Of a DNA stretch of 64,000 bases, positions 59,282 to 64,000 are shown piece after piece. The notes under the pieces were generated by a model. That model worked only from the letters and a program-made list of their open reading frames with translations, was not told the origin of the DNA and searched no databases. The position numbers and the translations under genes were made by a program. Within the stretch, counting starts at the first letter, position 1. Each line of letters begins with the position of its first letter. This stretch comes from Tubulanus polymorphus. Taxonomy: Eukaryota > Animalia > Nemertea. Where the stretch lies: contig NC_134030.1 of assembly GCF_964204645.1 (NCBI RefSeq), forward strand, positions 8,537,122-8,601,121, written 5' to 3'.

Positions 59282-62200
59282 AATGCCTATTTTTGAAAAA
59301 AATATTTTATAAAGATGTATGTTTACAGCCATTCCTTTAATGAATGCGTTAACTTGTTCAATTTTGACAACGTAATCTAGGACCGTTTGTCACAATAAAT
59401 GCGAGCGCTTTTTTCACCCGATCTATTAACCGGAAACGAGATAGGTTTGACTGATGGCGCGTCCTCTGCGCGTTACAGAAAATGTATAGCGCTTGACATT
59501 ATTCGAGGCACTAACGGAAAAATCCCCGTTATATTCGCTTCGATTTTCTAAACGACATTTAGAAGCGACACGAAATATGCATTTCAAACTGGCTAACATC
59601 TAAATAAAAACCTCGTATTTGTGTCTCAAAGCTATTCACCATGCGGGCACAGAAGTTGGCTATTTTCTATTCCTTTTCGATTACGGATAAAACAGCATGC
59701 AACGAGACTTTCACCAGGATTAGTTGAGATCCATCCGTTAGTTGTTTATCGTCCTGGGGTCATATTTGTTAGAAATATTCGAAGTTTACTTGGAGCTACT
59801 CGGAATCGTAAACATAGTTTATTTCGATCAATTTAAGACGGAACCACCGATGAAATGATCGTATAATTCAGAATGTATCTGGTATAAAGTCGTTTCCGAC
59901 ATCTAGCATTTTTGATTCGTGCGAATCGATTTCCTCACGTGAAAATATGCATCGCGTCCCTTGGCGGACTATACAAAATTCAATTGCGGTTTAAATAAGC
60001 ATATACTATATTGCCAAAAAAGATTGGTTCGAAACATTTTTCGTCAATGCACACATTTTATCATTCAATCTGCCGTACAAAAGCTTTTACTAAACTTCAG
60101 CCTCAATATACAGTCATGGGAGTATAGTTCAATGGGATGATACCCACCAGACACAATATCTGCAGGATTATCATCCATATAACATATTCGTTCGTTTGCT
60201 ACCACCGCGCCCGATCCTATTACCCGCGCGTGGCAATGAAATTTTATATAGAATGTGGAGTTTTTTTGGTCATACAATTCTGTAAATGAAAATGACACGC
60301 CGACCTAGCCAGGTTCGATTTCAATTTCTTATAAGCCATCTATGACCTTACACTACGTAAAATTGACACTCCCTTCAAAAATCGTATTTACGTATGGGTA
60401 TCCATTTTAAGACCGTTTTTGGCGCGATGATATTCGCAAGAAAATCGAACGACGTGCTCACGTTTCGTACCGCGGAGACGTCCATGAGTAGGGATGAAAT
60501 TAGGAAAAAAACTGCTGCCTAGGATGATCACCGGATAGCTTTTTCTTATGACATCGTTGATTTTCGAATCATCATAGTAACACAAAGCTACGTATAACAA
60601 TACATCCGTATAATGAGCGTCATGATAAAAAATGACATCTGATCCGGATGAAGATGGACTCGAGCGTTGATTAAACCCAATCGCAGATTTGATACCACGC
60701 ATCTACCTTCTCACAATGCGGTGAATCCGGGAATGTTTTTAATAAACATTCCAAGGTTTCTTATTGCGAGATTAGCCAACTCTAAGTAATAACTGAAACT
60801 GTAGTTTGACTGTTGAAATGACGCGGTGTCTATTATTAGGTAAAACGTGCGAAGGAAATCTCGAATCTATTTCAAAGATATCCCTCATCCCCGAAAGTGC
60901 AAAAACGTTTCACGGCTTATAAACCGTCATATTGTCATTTGAGGAGTTCTATCCACTTTGTATATTTGAGACATGGACATAAGTTCAGAATAGTGCGTGA
61001 AGGTTTATACATATATTATGAACTTTATTGTCTAAGCGATATCTCTCTTATTACGAATAGTCATGAAAAATACATATTCTACACATGAACAAATCAAGTA
61101 AATATTAGGAATGATAAACTATTCACGAAATTGATTTTGAAATCACAAGTTGAATTAAGCTTTAACTTTGAAAGAAACGAGTGGAGATCACTCAGGTTGC
61201 CTGGATCTTTCCGAATGCGGATAGTTTTACAGATTTTTGGGTTGAACAGAACTGTTTGTAGGAAGATGATGTAGATCGCGTATTTCAGTTACGTACTACG
61301 ATTAATGTTGAAGGACTCGGGGAGAAATCTCGTTATTCAACCTGTTCGTTTTAACGTGTCATCAAATTGGTTTTAAACTTGTGTATTTCATGATCATAAC
61401 AATTTTCAATATTGACCTCACGTGATTGTTAAATTTCCGTTTAACGTTCAACTACACGGCAATTTTGTTTGAAGATTAGGTTCAGCGGTAGCGTCGCGAT
61501 GCGTTGTTTAATAGTATCGTAGTAAAATAGTGTGGTTTCAACGTAACGCAAAAAATAAACCATATTCAAATTTCAAGTAATAAGAGAAATAAGAGTAGAA
61601 TATCACAATCAAATGTAAAACTTAATGTAAAATCCTACAAATCCCACAAAGGATCATTTTGGAGTGATGAAGGGTCCGAAATGTTTCTAGTATTGTTAGA
61701 TAAACCTTTTTAAGTCATTCAACAATTGTGGGAATTTACACTTATTGTGACGTCGCGAAATCGTGATCAACTGATTCAAAATGTAAAACTAACTATGACT
61801 GTAGGATTTTACGGTTACAGCGGTATAACAATATGTATACAATTCTTTGAAAAGAATCGTTGTCAGTGGCAGACAAATGGTGACCGTGATAGAAGCCGAA
61901 ACCTTTTTCGCGTGAAAAGTAGTTTTCAGTGTGTTTGCGTGCGTTGTATCTTAGAAAACCCCCGAGGTCGACGTCTTGTAAGGCGATTACGCGCCTTCGC
62001 TATCATTCCACCAAACGATCCCAGACATAAACCGTGGACATAGTAAAATCTATCGCTATCAAAGAGAATTTAGAATTTAGTAGGATTACAAGCCTGTTCA
62101 ACCTATTCTCGAGAGTCGCTTCAGCATCTCCGATAATAATGCCTAATAACGGAACTCAATAAAAATCGTGGCTTAAGCGAAAAATGTTCTAACTAACGTG

Positions 62201-63372
62201 CATGAAGAACAACGCATTCAAAATTCCACTTCGTTTGTATTGCCCTTTTAGTAATTCATTTGTAACCAATCGTGATTTCATTTACCACTCGTTCAGATCG
62301 AACTGAATTTTGTATTGTTTTTCATTTCAAAATTCAAACTCTACCTAGTTGGTTTCTAAGCACGTATTCATGTATTTCTGGTCAGTTCGTGAAATTTCAC
62401 AATATAACATACCGTTTACTTAGATACCTGCGCACCACTGTGTGTTTCATTTTCTATTTTACAATTTGGAACGTTTAACAGAAACGAATTTCACTAAGTT
62501 GATGTGATCCACGGCTTTCTAAAAAAAATATGTCGCACAGCGTCACCAAGAAAAGAGCACCTGCAAACTAAAAATGAATCATAATCATAAAGTCACGTAC
62601 CGTTTCTAAGATGCTTGAAGATACTTGTTAGAATTTCAAAAAGTTAAAGTCATATCAAAAGTAATATTCATTTTAGAATTAAAGGATAGATTCACGGTGG
62701 GTTTCTTGATGTGGGTCTACTGCAAAAGAATTCAATTCCTTTGAATGGAGCAATGCTTTTATGCATTTTCATGACAGTCTTGACTTCAGCGACAGTTACT
62801 TCCGGTGTGTTTTTCGTCGATTTCATCTTGCGATGTTCATCTTTTTGTTCATTCCACTTTCGTGCGCTCGAAAATGTTCATACGCTATTACAGACAATTC
62901 GTTGAAGGACTTCAATGCATTGGGGATCTCTAAACCACGTTCCATGTAAAGCTATTCTAGATATCTCAAGTAGGATACTTAAGTAAACGTACCTGGCTAC
63001 GCAGTGTGTTTGTCCTAATGCGTACACCGAAAATTATGCTTGAAAAAGATTGTTTTCTTTAATCCAAAACTTTTGTCAGTCGACTTTTAGAATAACATTC
63101 GTAACCAGTAGGCGGATAGTACATATTCAAAAACAAGACAAAATCTCTGTGGCGTAAGGTTGTATTGGGTTTGATATCGCGTATCGTGAAAAAGCAGCAT
63201 ATCATAATGTCGAGAATATTTAAGTCATTCGGAAGAAAGTACATTTATACGGTGCTATGTTTGTTCTGAAATACGATGTGGCGAATACCCGGAGGTGAAT
63301 GATTATAGGTTTGCAAGTATAATTAAACCAACCTAAGACTGCGAATCATTTTAAGCACTATCTCTTTTTCAG

Positions 63373-63457
63373 ATGATGCCACGACCGAGTGATGTAATGG
63401 CCATTACGGTGTGTTTAGTCATGTGCTGGTCACAGGTAGCAGCCATCCCGTACCATC
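63373..63457 (+). CDS. First coding exon (signal peptide) of a secreted or membrane protein continuing beyond the window
   Basis: Acceptor TCTCTTTTTCAG immediately before ATG. Encodes MMPRPSDVMAITVCLVMCWSQVAA-IPYH and ends at a phase-1 donor C|GTAAGT. Confidence 0.65.
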
Positions 63458-63554
63458 GTAAGTAGAAGGCTTATCCAACAAAAAAATTACATATTTTCGT
63501 ATTGAAATAGGTCATTTTACTGGCTTCGTGCTACTAGGATGACCAAACAGCGGT

Positions 63555-63707
63555 TTTTGATCTTAACATAGGGACTGACCCTGTTATTAATTTGATCGGT
63601 AGATTTCGTTTAAATTTGTTTTTATTTGGTGTCCCTTACCAACCCGTCGCACCTGCTGGGAGCGAAACAGGGGATTTTATTTTGAAATCGGAAATCGAAG
63701 TACAGAA
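63555..63707 (-). repeat. Interspersed repeat family, copy 3
   Basis: Reverse complement of the 59165 and 40808 copies. Confidence 0.65.
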
Positions 63708-63762
63708 TTCTTACAGAATTCTTTTGTTAAAACGAAGTACATACCGCGATATATCGCGTCAA

Positions 63763-64000
63763 GTCGACATGAATATGTCGATATATCGTGACGTTTTGAC
63801 GACATATTTCGTTTTCTCGACCACTTTCCTCGCGACAAGTCGACATATTCATGACGACTTGAAACTCAGTCGTCATATTACTATTGTCCTCATCTTACAT
63901 TTAGACGTGTTTTCAAATGACGGCTTGTCCCGTGGAAAATGGGCAAAAAAGGGAAATTTGTCGTGAAAACGTCACGATATGTCGACATATTCATGTCGAC
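63763..64000. mobile_element. Foldback/MITE-like element with ~40-bp inverted repeats, cut by the window end
   Basis: GTCGACATGAATATGTCGATATATCGTGACGTTTTGACGACA pairs with TGTCGTGAAAACGTCACGATATGTCGACATATTCATGTCGAC. Confidence 0.7.

Noticed and set aside
45947-63244. Numerous 60-165 aa ORFs in the ORF track
   Set aside because: No recognisable domains, no coherent splice chains, and a composition typical of AT-rich non-coding DNA.

Overview
Eukaryotic genomic DNA: AT-rich, short GT-AG introns, invertebrate-like and probably lophotrochozoan (taxon is inference only). The first ~40 kb is gene-dense. In order: the 5' end of RUNDC3 (-) head-to-head with a complete SPOP (+); a 20-exon PDIA5 (+) with four WCGxC thioredoxin domains and an unusual ~335-aa (A/N)EEKR(K/Q) charged-helix tail ending in KQEL; a 5.5-kb BEL/Pao LTR retrotransposon (-) with near-identical LTRs and an AGTTA TSD but a multiply disabled ORF; an 8-exon Mu-class GST (-); a CR1/L2-type LINE 3' fragment; two tandem, apparently related genes for secreted precursors; and a large low-complexity gene (-) with a cluster of PKA-type sites. 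The two secreted genes are the best candidate for an undescribed system. One encodes a Cys-free 419-aa polyprotein cut at KR/RR sites into amphipathic helices, one of them with a histidine stripe. The other is a small 4-exon paralog, not recoverable from the ORF track, that yields one 44-aa peptide and has AT instead of GT at the homologous splice donor. The region from 40 to 63 kb appears mostly non-coding (MITEs, tRNA-like repeats, a 0.6-kb tandem duplication, a promoter-like block) and ends with the signal-peptide exon of another gene. All gene models were assembled by hand from splice signals and recalled homology; no database searches were run.
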